Positions 8,241 to 18,195 of a DNA stretch of 46,936 bases are shown piece after piece. Within the stretch, counting starts at the first letter, position 1; every line of letters starts with the position of its first letter. Source of the stretch: Candidatus Coatesbacteria bacterium (GTDB taxonomy: Bacteria; JAFGND01); assembly GCA_016927185.1 (NCBI GenBank), contig JAFGND010000094.1, positions 1 through 46,936 on the forward strand. The letters run 5' to 3'. The notes under the pieces were generated by a model that was given only the letters and a program-made list of their open reading frames with translations, was not told the DNA's origin and ran no database searches. A program made the translations under genes and the position numbers.

Positions 8241-10314
8241 GTATAGCTTCTTTATAACTTAGTGAAACCCCTTTTTGTTCGTCTATTTTGATGATCTTGA
8301 CCTTGATTTCATCTCCAACATTAATGACATCTTCAACTTTTGCAACTTTTTTATCAGCTAGCTGAGAAATATGAACCAAGCCTTCCTGGTTTGGCAGAAA
8401 CTCCACAAAAGCGCCAAATGTTGCAATTTTCTTGACTTTGCCTGTATATATCTTTCCTAGTTCAGGTACTGCAAGAATATTTTCGATAATCTCTTTTGCT
8501 CTCAAATTATTCTCTTTGTTCATAGAGCTTATTGTTACTTTCCCATCATCTTCTATATTGATTTCAGTTCCAGTTGTTTCTATAATAGAACGAATACTTC
8601 TTCCTCCCTGACCTATTACCTCGCCAATTCTCTCATTATCAATATCAAAACTAAGTATTTGCGGAGCGAATTCTGATAATTCAGCTCTTGGTTTATCGAG
8701 TGTCTGTTTCATTATGCTTATTATCTTGAAATGAGCATCCCTCGCCTGCTTTATGCCACATCTCAGTATATCTTCGTTTATACCCTTAATCTTGATATCA
8801 AGTTGAATAGCAGTAATGCCATCTTCAGTTCCTGCAACCTTGAAATCCATGTCTCCATGGTGATCTTCATCACCAATTATGTCAGTTATTGTTATAAAAT
8901 CATTATTATCCTTGAGTAAGCCTATACTTACACCAGCAACAGGAGATTTTATTGGAACTCCTGCATCCATTAAAGCCATTGAAGCACCACATACTGTTGC
9001 CATTGAACTGCTTCCATTGCTCTCAAGTATTTCGCTGACTATTCTTATAGTATAAGGGAAAATCTCTTCTGCCGGAATGACCGCTGCCAAAGCTCTTTCT
9101 GCAAGATTACCATGCCCTATTTCCCTTCTTCCCGGTCCTCTCAATCCTCCTATCTCACCAACACTGAAAGCAGGAAAATTATAATGCAGCATATAGCTTT
9201 TCCATGATTCTCCCTCAAGATCATCAATAAGCTGCCTGTCATTAACTGTTCCTAGCGTCGTTGTTACAAGAGCCTGGGTTTCTCCCCTTGTGAAAATTGA
9301 GCTACCATGAGCTCTGGGAAGCACTCCTATCATTATATCAATGGGTCTTATTTCAGAAAAACCTCTGTTTCCAATCCTTTTCTTATCCTTGAAGAGCATA
9401 TTTCTTATTAATGAATGCATCTTTCTTTCAAAATAATAAGAAATGATTTTTTCATTATTTTCTTCTTCATTCTTGAATTTCTCCCTCGTTAGACTAAGAA
9501 GTCTCTTGTATTCTTGCTTTCTTAAGTTTTTATCACTGATATCCAACAAAGCAGGCAGTTTGTCTTCAAGGAAAGAAGAAACTTGTTCCTTTAGCTCTGG
9601 AAATTGTTCAAATGGATTAACATATTCCATTTTTTTAGTGTCGAAATTGCTGATAAACTCCTTTTGTATCTTGTTTATTTTCCTTATTTCGTCGTGGGCA
9701 AAATTTATCGCATCAACTAAATCATCTTCTGATACTTCCCTCATCTCACCTTCAACCATTATTATAGCATCATCAGTAGCTACTACAACAATATTAATAT
9801 CGCTGTATGGTATCTGCGAAAAAGTTGGGTTTAAAACCAGGCTTCCTCCAAGTCTCCCAATTCTCACTGCTGAAATAACTTCTTCAAATGGAATACATGA
9901 AATGTTGAGAGCAATAGAAGATCCAATTATTCCTAATATATCTCCATCATTTTCCATGTCTGATGAAAGGATACTAACAACAATCTGAACATCATTAAAA
10001 AAACCTTCAGGAAAAAGTGGTCTTATTGGTCTATCAATTAATCTTGAAGACAATATCTCTTTTTCTCTAGGCTTTCCTTCCCTTTTGAAAAAACCTCCAG
10101 GTATCTTGCCTGCAGCATATGTTTTTTCTCTATATTCAACAGTTAAAGGGAAAAAATCTCTCAATTCCCTGGGGGGTTCTTTATCTGACACAACAGTAAT
10201 CAAGGCAATTGTGTCTCCATATCTTACCCATGCTGCTCCATCAGTTTGCCTGGCAATTCTGCCAGTTTCGATAAAAAGCGTTCTTCCACCTAGCTCAGTT
10301 TGTATACTATGCAT
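8218..10314 (-). CDS. pnp: Polyribonucleotide nucleotidyltransferase (PNPase)
   Basis: DFFPLTVEYRE, GKIPGGFFKREG, RREIGHG, ESNGSSSMA, GDMDFKVAGT; C-terminal KH and S1 domains; GGAG RBS. Confidence 0.98.
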   Translation of the reverse strand: MHSIQTELGGRTLFIETGRIARQTDGAAWVRYGDTIALITVVSDKEPPRELRDFFPLTVEYREKTYAAGKIPGGFFKREGKPREKEILSSRLIDRPIRPLFPEGFFNDVQIVVSILSSDMENDGDILGIIGSSIALNISCIPFEEVISAVRIGRLGGSLVLNPTFSQIPYSDINIVVVATDDAIIMVEGEMREVSEDDLVDAINFAHDEIRKINKIQKEFISNFDTKKMEYVNPFEQFPELKEQVSSFLEDKLPALLDISDKNLRKQEYKRLLSLTREKFKNEEENNEKIISYYFERKMHSLIRNMLFKDKKRIGNRGFSEIRPIDIMIGVLPRAHGSSIFTRGETQALVTTTLGTVNDRQLIDDLEGESWKSYMLHYNFPAFSVGEIGGLRGPGRREIGHGNLAERALAAVIPAEEIFPYTIRIVSEILESNGSSSMATVCGASMALMDAGVPIKSPVAGVSIGLLKDNNDFITITDIIGDEDHHGDMDFKVAGTEDGITAIQLDIKIKGINEDILRCGIKQARDAHFKIISIMKQTLDKPRAELSEFAPQILSFDIDNERIGEVIGQGGRSIRSIIETTGTEINIEDDGKVTISSMNKENNLRAKEIIENILAVPELGKIYTGKVKKIATFGAFVEFLPNQEGLVHISQLADKKVAKVEDVINVGDEIKVKIIKIDEQKGVSLSYKEAIREIEANK

Positions 10315-10360
10315 AAAATAACTCCTTCGATGCTAAAATAGGGTTAAAAATCACTTGGGA

Positions 10361-10627
10361 TTATCTTCTTATTCCCAATTTGGTGATAATGGAACGATAT
10401 CTATTGATATCTTTTGAAGATAAATACTTCAAGTGCCTTCTTCTTTGACCAACAAGAATAAGCAAACCTCTTCTTGAATCATGATCTTTCGGATGCTTCT
10501 TCAAATGATCTGTAAGTTTATTAATTCTTTCAGTTAGAAGAGCAATCTGGACTTCTGGTGAACCGGTATCATTTTCACCAAGTTTGTGTTTGTTAATGAT
10601 GGCAATTTTTTCTTCCGGGTAAAGCAT
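10361..10627 (-). CDS. rpsO: 30S ribosomal protein S15
   Basis: [40 protein letters not shown]; upstream of pnp. Confidence 0.98.
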   Translation of the reverse strand: MLYPEEKIAIINKHKLGENDTGSPEVQIALLTERINKLTDHLKKHPKDHDSRRGLLILVGQRRRHLKYLSSKDINRYRSIITKLGIRR

Positions 10628-10700
10628 CTAGGTGCCTCCTTCCTATGTGTTAATAATTACCCAACTAGTATTCATGAGAGGCAGAATATTTAGTCAGGAT
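10628..10700 (-). promoter_or_regulatory. Putative rpsO (S15) autoregulatory leader RNA
   Basis: mRNA hairpin CCUGACUA-AA-UAUUC / loop UGCCUCUCAU / GAAUA-C-UAGUUGGG (10698-10660). Loop UGCCUCU is complementary to GGAGGCA in the SD region (10639-10633). Confidence 0.6.
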
Positions 10701-10939
10701 CTGAGAAACCAAAACCTGAGTATGTTTATTTATGTCAAGGTTATTCATATATTTATCATACTCAACAAAACCCAATCTAATGTTTCAGCACATTTTCTCA
10801 AATATCTTTTGTTTCTGAATAGAAAATTGTCAGATTCAATTCAATTATCTTGAAGATCTCAATATTAAGTAACTTCAGTTTTAAGTTGACAAGAATGTGT
10901 TTTTTTCTGCCTAAAAAACCTAGGAATATTTAGGGAGGT

Positions 10940-11524
10940 TTGATGATACGTTTAATAGATGTCAGAAATGGAAATGTTTTGGGAGAGACTACTTTAGATA
11001 GAATAAGAACATTCCTTGGAAACACTCTTGAAGAAGAAGATGTTTCAAATCAATATGTATTCATACCAGATGAGCTTTTTGAAGAAATAGACGAAGATTA
11101 TTCTGATATCAAGCACCTGTTGAATAATCTCACTAGAAAGGCAATAAAAGACTCGCCAAAATACGTATCTTATGGTATTCTGGGATTTCAGGAGATAGAG
11201 AATAGTGATAATTTTTGTATAAAAGGCAGAATAACTGATAAAAATGATAACAAACCATTAGGGGGATTACTGATAGAAGCCTATGAAAAAGGCTTGTTAA
11301 GCGGTGACTTTCTTGGATGGGCTTTCTCTAATGAAAATGGTGATTTTGAAATTTTTTTTGGTGAACATGATTTCCAAATGGAAATCCCGATAACTCTTGA
11401 AACTAAGCTTGAAATAAAATTGCTTATTTTTAAAGTTGTCGAAGAAAATGAAGAAGAATTATATTCTTCAGATATAATTGACATGAATGAAAACCTGCTA
11501 AATGTAGGAGAAATAAGAGTTTAG
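10940..11524 (+). CDS. Hypothetical two-domain acidic protein with a C-terminal transthyretin/carboxypeptidase-regulatory-like beta-sandwich
   Basis: 194-aa ORF with GGAGG RBS; C-half IKGRITDK...PLGGLLIEAYEK....DFLGWAFSNENGDFEI resembles prealbumin-like folds. Confidence 0.65.
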   Translation: MMIRLIDVRNGNVLGETTLDRIRTFLGNTLEEEDVSNQYVFIPDELFEEIDEDYSDIKHLLNNLTRKAIKDSPKYVSYGILGFQEIENSDNFCIKGRITDKNDNKPLGGLLIEAYEKGLLSGDFLGWAFSNENGDFEIFFGEHDFQMEIPITLETKLEIKLLIFKVVEENEEELYSSDIIDMNENLLNVGEIRV

Positions 11525-11533
11525 GAGAAACTA

Positions 11534-12889
11534 ATGAAATGCCCTAATTGTGGTTCTGTAAATAATGACGATGCTAGATTTTGTTTCAGATGTGGTCAAT
11601 CGCTACCAGAGAAGACCCAGGCTATACAGAGCGATGAACATGAACAGGAATGGGTTTCAAAAGCCTTTGGTGGCAAATATCAGATTATTCGCGAATTGGG
11701 CAGAGGGGGAATGGCAATCGTATATGAAGCATTTGATATAATGCTTGATAGGAAAGTTGCTGTTAAGATATTACCAAAGCAATTCGCTTTTGACGAGGAA
11801 TTTGTAAAGAGATTTGAAAAAGAAGCTAAAATTGCTGCCCAATTAGATCATCCTAATATAGTGAAAATATTCGATATTGGAAGACAATCAGAAATTCATT
11901 ATTTCGTAATGAATTATCTGCCAGGAGATACCTTGAAAAGAAGAATCCATGAAAAAGGATTTCTTGATTTGTCTGAAATAAAAAGCACCTCACTGCAGAT
12001 GTGCAAGGCGCTTCAATATGCTCACAACAAAGGCATAATCCATAGAGATTTGAAACCATCAAATATAATGTATGATCACCACGGTAATATAGTGCTGATG
12101 GATTTTGGCATTGCATATGCAGCATTTGGTACAAAGATTACGTCAACTGGAACACAAATGGGAACTCCTCACTATATGTCTCCGGAGCAAGCAAGTGGAG
12201 AGAAAGTGGATCACAGAGCTGATTTATATTCACTGGGAATAATTCTCTACGAAATGGCAACCGGTCAAGTTCCATTCCAGGCAGATAGTAGCCTTGCTGT
12301 TTTGCACAAGCAAATATATGAAAAGCCTCAAAATCCAGCTGAAATAAAACCTGATAATCCCTCCTGGCTTACAAGAATCATCCTTACTTGTCTGGAAAAA
12401 GACAAGGAGTTAAGATATCAATCAGCAGACGAGATTCTCAATGAATTTGAATTAACTGGCGTTGTACAAGTAAAAGAGGAAAAACAGATAGAGGAATCAA
12501 GGATAAAAGATGAACCTGATGTAAAAGATCATATAGAACCGGTAGTTGATAAGACAGTAACATCTTCAAAGGCAGATGCTAATAAGACTGCACCTTCAGT
12601 CCCTTCTGTTACATCTGAGGAAATCAGTCCTTTATCAACTGAAGATGCGTCAAATAAACCAGTTGCGAAGGATGAAAAAAAGGAAACTTATTCCAAACAA
12701 GCTCTTAAAGAAATAGATGAAGAAAAGCAGAAGGAAGCTGTTCCTGATGATAAAAAAGAGGTTGTTGAATCTAAAAAAGCAGGAAATCTTGCCTTGAAAA
12801 TAATAGTAGGATTAGCGATTATATTCATTATTCCTATTGCTTTTGTTATTGTATATGCTTTTGCAACAGGAATTCTCTACTTTGAGTAA
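11534..12889 (+). CDS. Hanks-type Ser/Thr protein kinase with N-terminal zinc ribbon and C-terminal TM anchor
   Basis: CPNC..CFRC ribbon; LGRGGMAIVY, VAVK, HRDLKPSN, DFGIA, GTPHYMSPEQ, DLYSLG; acidic low-complexity linker; hydrophobic C-terminus; AGGAG RBS. Confidence 0.95.
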   Translation: MKCPNCGSVNNDDARFCFRCGQSLPEKTQAIQSDEHEQEWVSKAFGGKYQIIRELGRGGMAIVYEAFDIMLDRKVAVKILPKQFAFDEEFVKRFEKEAKIAAQLDHPNIVKIFDIGRQSEIHYFVMNYLPGDTLKRRIHEKGFLDLSEIKSTSLQMCKALQYAHNKGIIHRDLKPSNIMYDHHGNIVLMDFGIAYAAFGTKITSTGTQMGTPHYMSPEQASGEKVDHRADLYSLGIILYEMATGQVPFQADSSLAVLHKQIYEKPQNPAEIKPDNPSWLTRIILTCLEKDKELRYQSADEILNEFELTGVVQVKEEKQIEESRIKDEPDVKDHIEPVVDKTVTSSKADANKTAPSVPSVTSEEISPLSTEDASNKPVAKDEKKETYSKQALKEIDEEKQKEAVPDDKKEVVESKKAGNLALKIIVGLAIIFIIPIAFVIVYAFATGILYFE

Positions 12890-12899
12890 GAAATGAATT

Positions 12900-14399
12900 T
12901 TATTTCTTGATAACCAAGAAATCTCTTAACTTAAGATACAATCTAGGAAAATTAGTCCTGATGAAAGATTTTAATCTATTTATGTTTGCTTTTATACTCA
13001 TTGCTATTTTGTTAAGTATTTTATGAGGTTTTTTCTTTGTAATAACTATTTTATCAAGGATTTTTTCAAGAAACCTGGCAAGTCCATCAGGAAAATTTTT
13101 AATAATAGAGTAGATTCTTATAAGTAGTTTGCTATATGTGCTTATGAAATCCACCTCTTCATCTGGAAATTGAGGTTGAGAAAGCCTTACTTCATCTGCA
13201 TAAGAAAGATTGTCTGGAATATATCCTTTCTGTATAGAATATTCATACAAAGAGGTTTTAGGATAAGGGTAAAAGATAGCCATTAGCATTCTCTCTGGTT
13301 TTAGTATAGAGTTAAGTTTAATGGTATCAAGTGCTTTGACAAGATCTTCATCTGGCAATCCAACCATATTATATGCAAGAGTTGATAAACCATGCTTATG
13401 ACATAAATCAAATGCATTTATAAGCTGCTCCCTGTTTATTGCTCTTTTCAAGATAACATTGCTCATATGATCATTACCAGTTTCAACTCCGAAGTGAACA
13501 AGATAACATCCTGCATTCTTAAGAGCAATGATGACTTCTTCCTTGACCAGGTTAGCCCTGTATCTGCAAGCAAAAGGAAGATTAATCTCTTTTTTATATC
13601 TCTCGCTGAAATCAATGAACCAGTCAATATTGAAAGGCAGTATATTGTCCCTGAAATCTACATATTTCATATCAGGATATTTTTCAAGTATTGCTTTAAT
13701 ATATTCTATTGACTTCTCAGGTGTAAAAAAACGGGTATATTCATTGATATTGGGGTACACCTGTTTTATTTGATGATTGCAGCAATAGGTGCACATGAAA
13801 GGACAGCCTCTGCTAAGCATTACAGGTATAGTCTTTATTGAAGGAGAAAAAAGCGATTTATAATCAAAAATCTCAAAGTCAGGAATAGGGAGCTGACTCA
13901 ATGGCGTAATACAGGGACGAGCTTCACCTTTCAAAATTTCTCCATTCTCTTTCCTGTAAATACCTGCTATCCTTAAATCAGGTTTACAACCATTTTCTAC
14001 CCAGTCAATATATTCCTTCAGGTTGAATTCTCCATCTCCTATACTTACTGCATCAACTTCAGGTTCCGATATGACTTCATCTGGAACTAATGTTGCATGT
14101 ACCCCACCAATAATTAAGGGAGTATATGGTAATGCCGCCTTAGACCATTGAGAGAACTGCTTGGTGTAATTATATATTGATGTTCTTGTTGATATTCCTA
14201 TTAAATCAGGTGAAAAATTCCTTATTTGAGATTTGAATTCATCTTCCTCGACTGAGTGAACTAGATGAAATAGATTAACCTGATGGCCTTCCTGCTTGAT
14301 ATATGCAGAAAGAGCTGCTATCCCGTCTGAATAGAAACCTTTTCCTGAAGGATTATCACCAGAGGCATTAAAATCAGGATATATAAGTAATAATTTCAT
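12900..14399 (-). CDS. B12-binding domain radical SAM protein
   Basis: N-terminal cobalamin-binding domain (PDLIGIS, IIGGVHAT, IGDGE); SRGCPFMCTYC (CxxxCxxC); FGVETG. Confidence 0.92.
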   Translation of the reverse strand: MKLLLIYPDFNASGDNPSGKGFYSDGIAALSAYIKQEGHQVNLFHLVHSVEEDEFKSQIRNFSPDLIGISTRTSIYNYTKQFSQWSKAALPYTPLIIGGVHATLVPDEVISEPEVDAVSIGDGEFNLKEYIDWVENGCKPDLRIAGIYRKENGEILKGEARPCITPLSQLPIPDFEIFDYKSLFSPSIKTIPVMLSRGCPFMCTYCCNHQIKQVYPNINEYTRFFTPEKSIEYIKAILEKYPDMKYVDFRDNILPFNIDWFIDFSERYKKEINLPFACRYRANLVKEEVIIALKNAGCYLVHFGVETGNDHMSNVILKRAINREQLINAFDLCHKHGLSTLAYNMVGLPDEDLVKALDTIKLNSILKPERMLMAIFYPYPKTSLYEYSIQKGYIPDNLSYADEVRLSQPQFPDEEVDFISTYSKLLIRIYSIIKNFPDGLARFLEKILDKIVITKKKPHKILNKIAMSIKANINRLKSFIRTNFPRLYLKLRDFLVIKK

Positions 14400-14443
14400 G
14401 CTAGTTCTGAGATGATAAAGTTATAAGCATGTCAATGGAATTG

Positions 14444-15529
14444 TTATTGATTATCTATTGATACAGCATATAATGTCTTTTCGTTCTTGCCAAAGAAAAG
14501 CTTCTCATTACACGTTCCATGCCAGGGAGAATTATCTTTGTTTAGCATCCAGACGGGAGAACCATCCATTACATCAAGCGCATAGATCTTATTATCATAA
14601 CTTGCGAAAACTCTATTTTTTGAAGCACACATCCCCCAATAATTCCTCTTAGACCAGTAAGTACTTCCTGATTCTGAGTTCTTGCAAATTAGTGCAGAAG
14701 ATGGAGATAATACATTATAAAAAATTCTGCCAGAAGCAGAAAATACATTTAAGAACTCCCAGAAGTCTAAATCTACCCATTTAATTTCTCCTATTCTTGT
14801 GCTTCTAGCTTCTATATTTCCTCCTTTATAATACTGATTAAAAAGGAGTGATCCGCAAACATTGAAAAGAGGTATTGGTTCTCCAACCATGCTAGAACCA
14901 TCAGACCAATCATATTTTAATGTATTTGCATTCAAGGCATATATGTTACTATTCTCTTCAAGAGTATAACTGTCTTTAGTATAAACACTGAAAAAGAAAT
15001 ATCCATCACCGCAAACTAAATCATGGAAGTTACAGCAACATCCTTCGTATAGCTTGTTCCAGTTTCCTTCATCAACCACTTCAAAAACTGAATGAAAGTA
15101 CCAGTCGTTATATTCATAAACTATGAATGCCTTACCATATCCAGCTTCATAAGATTTTACTCTCCTCGATGATTCTGACTCCCATACCCTTGATCCATCA
15201 TTAGCATTTAAAACTACTATTTGCCTTGAATTAGTTAATTTATAAATATAATTATCCCTGAGGATAAAGCTCCTGATAAAGTCATCTTCCTGCCATTCAA
15301 TATTTCCACTATCTGAATTTAATGAAAATAATGTATAGTTTGCACAAACAAAGACTCTGCTATTATTTGCATGTACTGAATTGAAAGGATATTCTTCAAA
15401 GTTTCTTTTCCATATCAGAGTTGCATCAGGAATGTTATCTTGATTTTCATCTCCATAGTTTCCATCGTTACAACCAAAGGCAGTAAAAATCGCGAAAAAA
15501 GAAAGGTATAGCATTGCTAATTTTCTCAT
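14444..15529 (-). CDS. PQQ-like beta-propeller lipoprotein
   Basis: Lipobox FTAFG-C; repeats LFSLNSDSGNIEW, LNANDGSRVW, IYALNA, IYALDVMDGSPVW; GGAG RBS. Confidence 0.8.
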   Translation of the reverse strand: MRKLAMLYLSFFAIFTAFGCNDGNYGDENQDNIPDATLIWKRNFEEYPFNSVHANNSRVFVCANYTLFSLNSDSGNIEWQEDDFIRSFILRDNYIYKLTNSRQIVVLNANDGSRVWESESSRRVKSYEAGYGKAFIVYEYNDWYFHSVFEVVDEGNWNKLYEGCCCNFHDLVCGDGYFFFSVYTKDSYTLEENSNIYALNANTLKYDWSDGSSMVGEPIPLFNVCGSLLFNQYYKGGNIEARSTRIGEIKWVDLDFWEFLNVFSASGRIFYNVLSPSSALICKNSESGSTYWSKRNYWGMCASKNRVFASYDNKIYALDVMDGSPVWMLNKDNSPWHGTCNEKLFFGKNEKTLYAVSIDNQ

Positions 15530-15637
15530 TTTATTACTCCATGAATTTCATAAGCAAAATGACTAAATTGAATAAAATTGTCAATACTAATTACTTTACA
15601 TTTGACATTAAAAATCTGTTTTCATGCTTTAATTGCT

Positions 15638-17188
15638 ATGATAGACAACTGGAAACGAATACTCAATCTATGTTTAGTACTCAGCTCCTTGCTTATTATC
15701 ACCTCGTTCTTGTTCATATCTTTCTCAAGAATTAATTATGGATTTGATCTGGAATGGGTTGAAGGTTCGCTTCTGGATCATGTCTGGAGATTATATGACA
15801 GACTCCCACTTTACATTGAACCTTCAGCTGATTTCATAACAACTAATTATGCACCTCTGTATTATTATGCATGCATCATCCTCTGGAAGATAAGTGAACC
15901 TGATTACTGGCAGGGGAGGCTTATCTCAATTATCTCAACATTGATTATTGCATTTTTCATTTTCAGGATAGTTGTCAGGGAAAGAAAAGACTGGATTACT
16001 GGTCTGGCTTGTGCTGGACTATTCATTTCAACTTATGCAAGAACAGGATACTGGTTTGATCTTATAAGAAATGACATGCTTACAATTGCTTTTTTCATTA
16101 TTTCAATATATCTGGCACTTGATAAACAAAGCATCAGAAATATTATTCTTTCTGGCATCTTTTCTGCTCTGGCAATCCTTACAAAGCAGAACTTCATTAT
16201 ATCAGCCTTTTTCATGGCCTTAGGTATCATTTATATGCAAAACCTGAAGCAGGCTTTAATCTATGTTTCATCTCTGCTTCTATTCTTGATACCTGTACTT
16301 TTATTCTTCCACTTCACAAGCAATGGATGGTCTACTTACCATATGTTTATCCTGCCTGCTTATACACCACTTGCATATAATCCAATAAGTTTCATAAAAT
16401 TGTTGTTTTTCAATGATATAGGTATTTATTCCATACCCATAATTGCAATCATTATACTTATAATATATCTTTTTTCCATGAAGATAATATCTTTATCAAA
16501 AGAAATAGTATTCTTGATAATCTTGTTAGCTGGATCATTCATTCAATCCATCAATAACAGAATACATTTCGGTTCATTCATTAATCAATATATAATAGTC
16601 TATGTCTTATTATCCTTGTTGATTGGTTTATTTGCAGTTAAATTAAACTCAACAAACATGAAAATTAGATTATTATTCTCAGTACTAATTCTTTTTCAAT
16701 CAATATGCTTTTATGCAATTTGGGATTTCTATGTTCCCAGTGCAAAAGAAAAGCAGAAAGTTTTAGAATTCAGGAAAAAACTGGATACACTAAGCAAATT
16801 CGGGAATATATATATGCCCTATCACGGTTTCCTATCAAGAAAACACTCCAAAAATACCACAATTCATTTAATGACTGCCCTATCACATTTCAATACAACT
16901 GATAAATGTAAAACCAGGAAACAAGCTTATATTTCTTTTATTGATAGTATACAAAAACGTAAATATGAAGTGATCATTTGGGATAAATTTAGGAATGTCA
17001 ATATAAGAAAAATTCCATATGAGGAATACCTTCTATATACAAATAATTACAAGCCCGTTGCTTTTTTCAAGGATCCACCATTATTAATGAACAAACTTAC
17101 ATTGATGGATGTTCATCCATTTCAGATACTCATCAGAAGAGACATTCCTGATGAAAAAATCAAAGAAGTAATGAATCTGGCGAAATAA
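15638..17188 (+). CDS. Polytopic membrane glycosyltransferase (GT-C fold, ArnT/PMT-like)
   Basis: About 11-13 TM helices; DLEWVEG, NYAPLYY, GRLISIIS, WFDLIRND, LAILTKQ. Start moved from TTG 15578 to ATG 15638. Confidence 0.75.
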   Translation: MIDNWKRILNLCLVLSSLLIITSFLFISFSRINYGFDLEWVEGSLLDHVWRLYDRLPLYIEPSADFITTNYAPLYYYACIILWKISEPDYWQGRLISIISTLIIAFFIFRIVVRERKDWITGLACAGLFISTYARTGYWFDLIRNDMLTIAFFIISIYLALDKQSIRNIILSGIFSALAILTKQNFIISAFFMALGIIYMQNLKQALIYVSSLLLFLIPVLLFFHFTSNGWSTYHMFILPAYTPLAYNPISFIKLLFFNDIGIYSIPIIAIIILIIYLFSMKIISLSKEIVFLIILLAGSFIQSINNRIHFGSFINQYIIVYVLLSLLIGLFAVKLNSTNMKIRLLFSVLILFQSICFYAIWDFYVPSAKEKQKVLEFRKKLDTLSKFGNIYMPYHGFLSRKHSKNTTIHLMTALSHFNTTDKCKTRKQAYISFIDSIQKRKYEVIIWDKFRNVNIRKIPYEEYLLYTNNYKPVAFFKDPPLLMNKLTLMDVHPFQILIRRDIPDEKIKEVMNLAK

Positions 17189-17202
17189 ATCAGTTGTAGT
17201 TC

Positions 17203-18195
17203 TTAATATTTCTTTCCAAATAAGTATTCAATCAATCCCCAAATAATCCCCAGCTCCACAAAAACCAAATCAAGAGGAAGAAACCATAAAGACCAGAAAA
17301 ACACATTATATGAAGTATTTTTAAGTATCAAAGAAAGCAATCTATCATTCAAGGCATAAATCAGTGAAAAAGATACTGTGAATATTATTGATGGGATTAA
17401 TCCATACAGAAAAATCAATATAAAGGCAACCAGAGAGATAAAAGGAAGGGGAACAGAAAACATGAAGGAATATGGAACTGAAGCACCTTTTATTTTCTCC
17501 AATTTCTCTCTTAATATCACTTTTACCAGAGATGCTGAACGTCTGAAATCCAATTTGAGAACGCTCCAGGTGGAATACTCCTTCAGATGAATTACTTGAA
17601 TATCTTTTGCATTAAGAATTTTAGCTCCCATTCTTGCAAACTGTCTTCCAAGAACAGTATCCTCTACAGAAGGATAGGTATAATTCTCGTTAAAACCTTT
17701 GCTTTCCATAAATAGACTTCTTTTTATACATGCAAAACTTGTATAGAATCCTGATATGAAATCAGGCAAAACAGAATAAGTATAATGCATCCAGAGATTC
17801 TTGTATATCGTGGCTTCATTGCTATATGGGATTTCCAAAGACAATAATCCCACAAGACCATCGCAGTTTTCATTATTTATCCTTTTACAAATCTGTGAAA
17901 TTGTATTCTCATTAACAAGAATATCAGAATCAAGAAAAAGGATATACTTCCCTTTTGCCTGCTTTGCACCGTAATTTCTTGCTTTTGAAACACCTCCTGA
18001 AATACTGAATAATTTCACAGGATAGTGCTTCATGAGATCAGCTGTTCCATCAGTTGAATCATTATCTACAACTATGATTTCAGTTTTATATTGAACCTTA
18101 TTGCAGGAGTTTTTTAAAGCAGGCAGGATTTTGGGTAAAATTGAATGACCATTTTTTACTGGAATAATGCAGCTTAAAAATACATCTTCTTCCAT
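17203..18195 (-). CDS. Glycosyltransferase family 2 with C-terminal TM segments
   Basis: SCIIPVKN, IIVVDNDSTDGT, SKARNYGA, LFLDSD, ED acceptor motif; hydrophobic C-terminus. Confidence 0.92.
   Translation of the reverse strand: MEEDVFLSCIIPVKNGHSILPKILPALKNSCNKVQYKTEIIVVDNDSTDGTADLMKHYPVKLFSISGGVSKARNYGAKQAKGKYILFLDSDILVNENTISQICKRINNENCDGLVGLLSLEIPYSNEATIYKNLWMHYTYSVLPDFISGFYTSFACIKRSLFMESKGFNENYTYPSVEDTVLGRQFARMGAKILNAKDIQVIHLKEYSTWSVLKLDFRRSASLVKVILREKLEKIKGASVPYSFMFSVPLPFISLVAFILIFLYGLIPSIIFTVSFSLIYALNDRLLSLILKNTSYNVFFWSLWFLPLDLVFVELGIIWGLIEYLFGKKY

Noticed and set aside
10632-10853. 73-aa ORF in the rpsO upstream gap
   Set aside because: No RBS or recognisable motif, and it runs antisense across the rpsO leader and promoter region.
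14444-15529. Calling the beta-propeller lipoprotein BamB
   Set aside because: The fold is compatible, but there is no bam/der/hisS context and no BamB-specific motif could be confirmed by eye.
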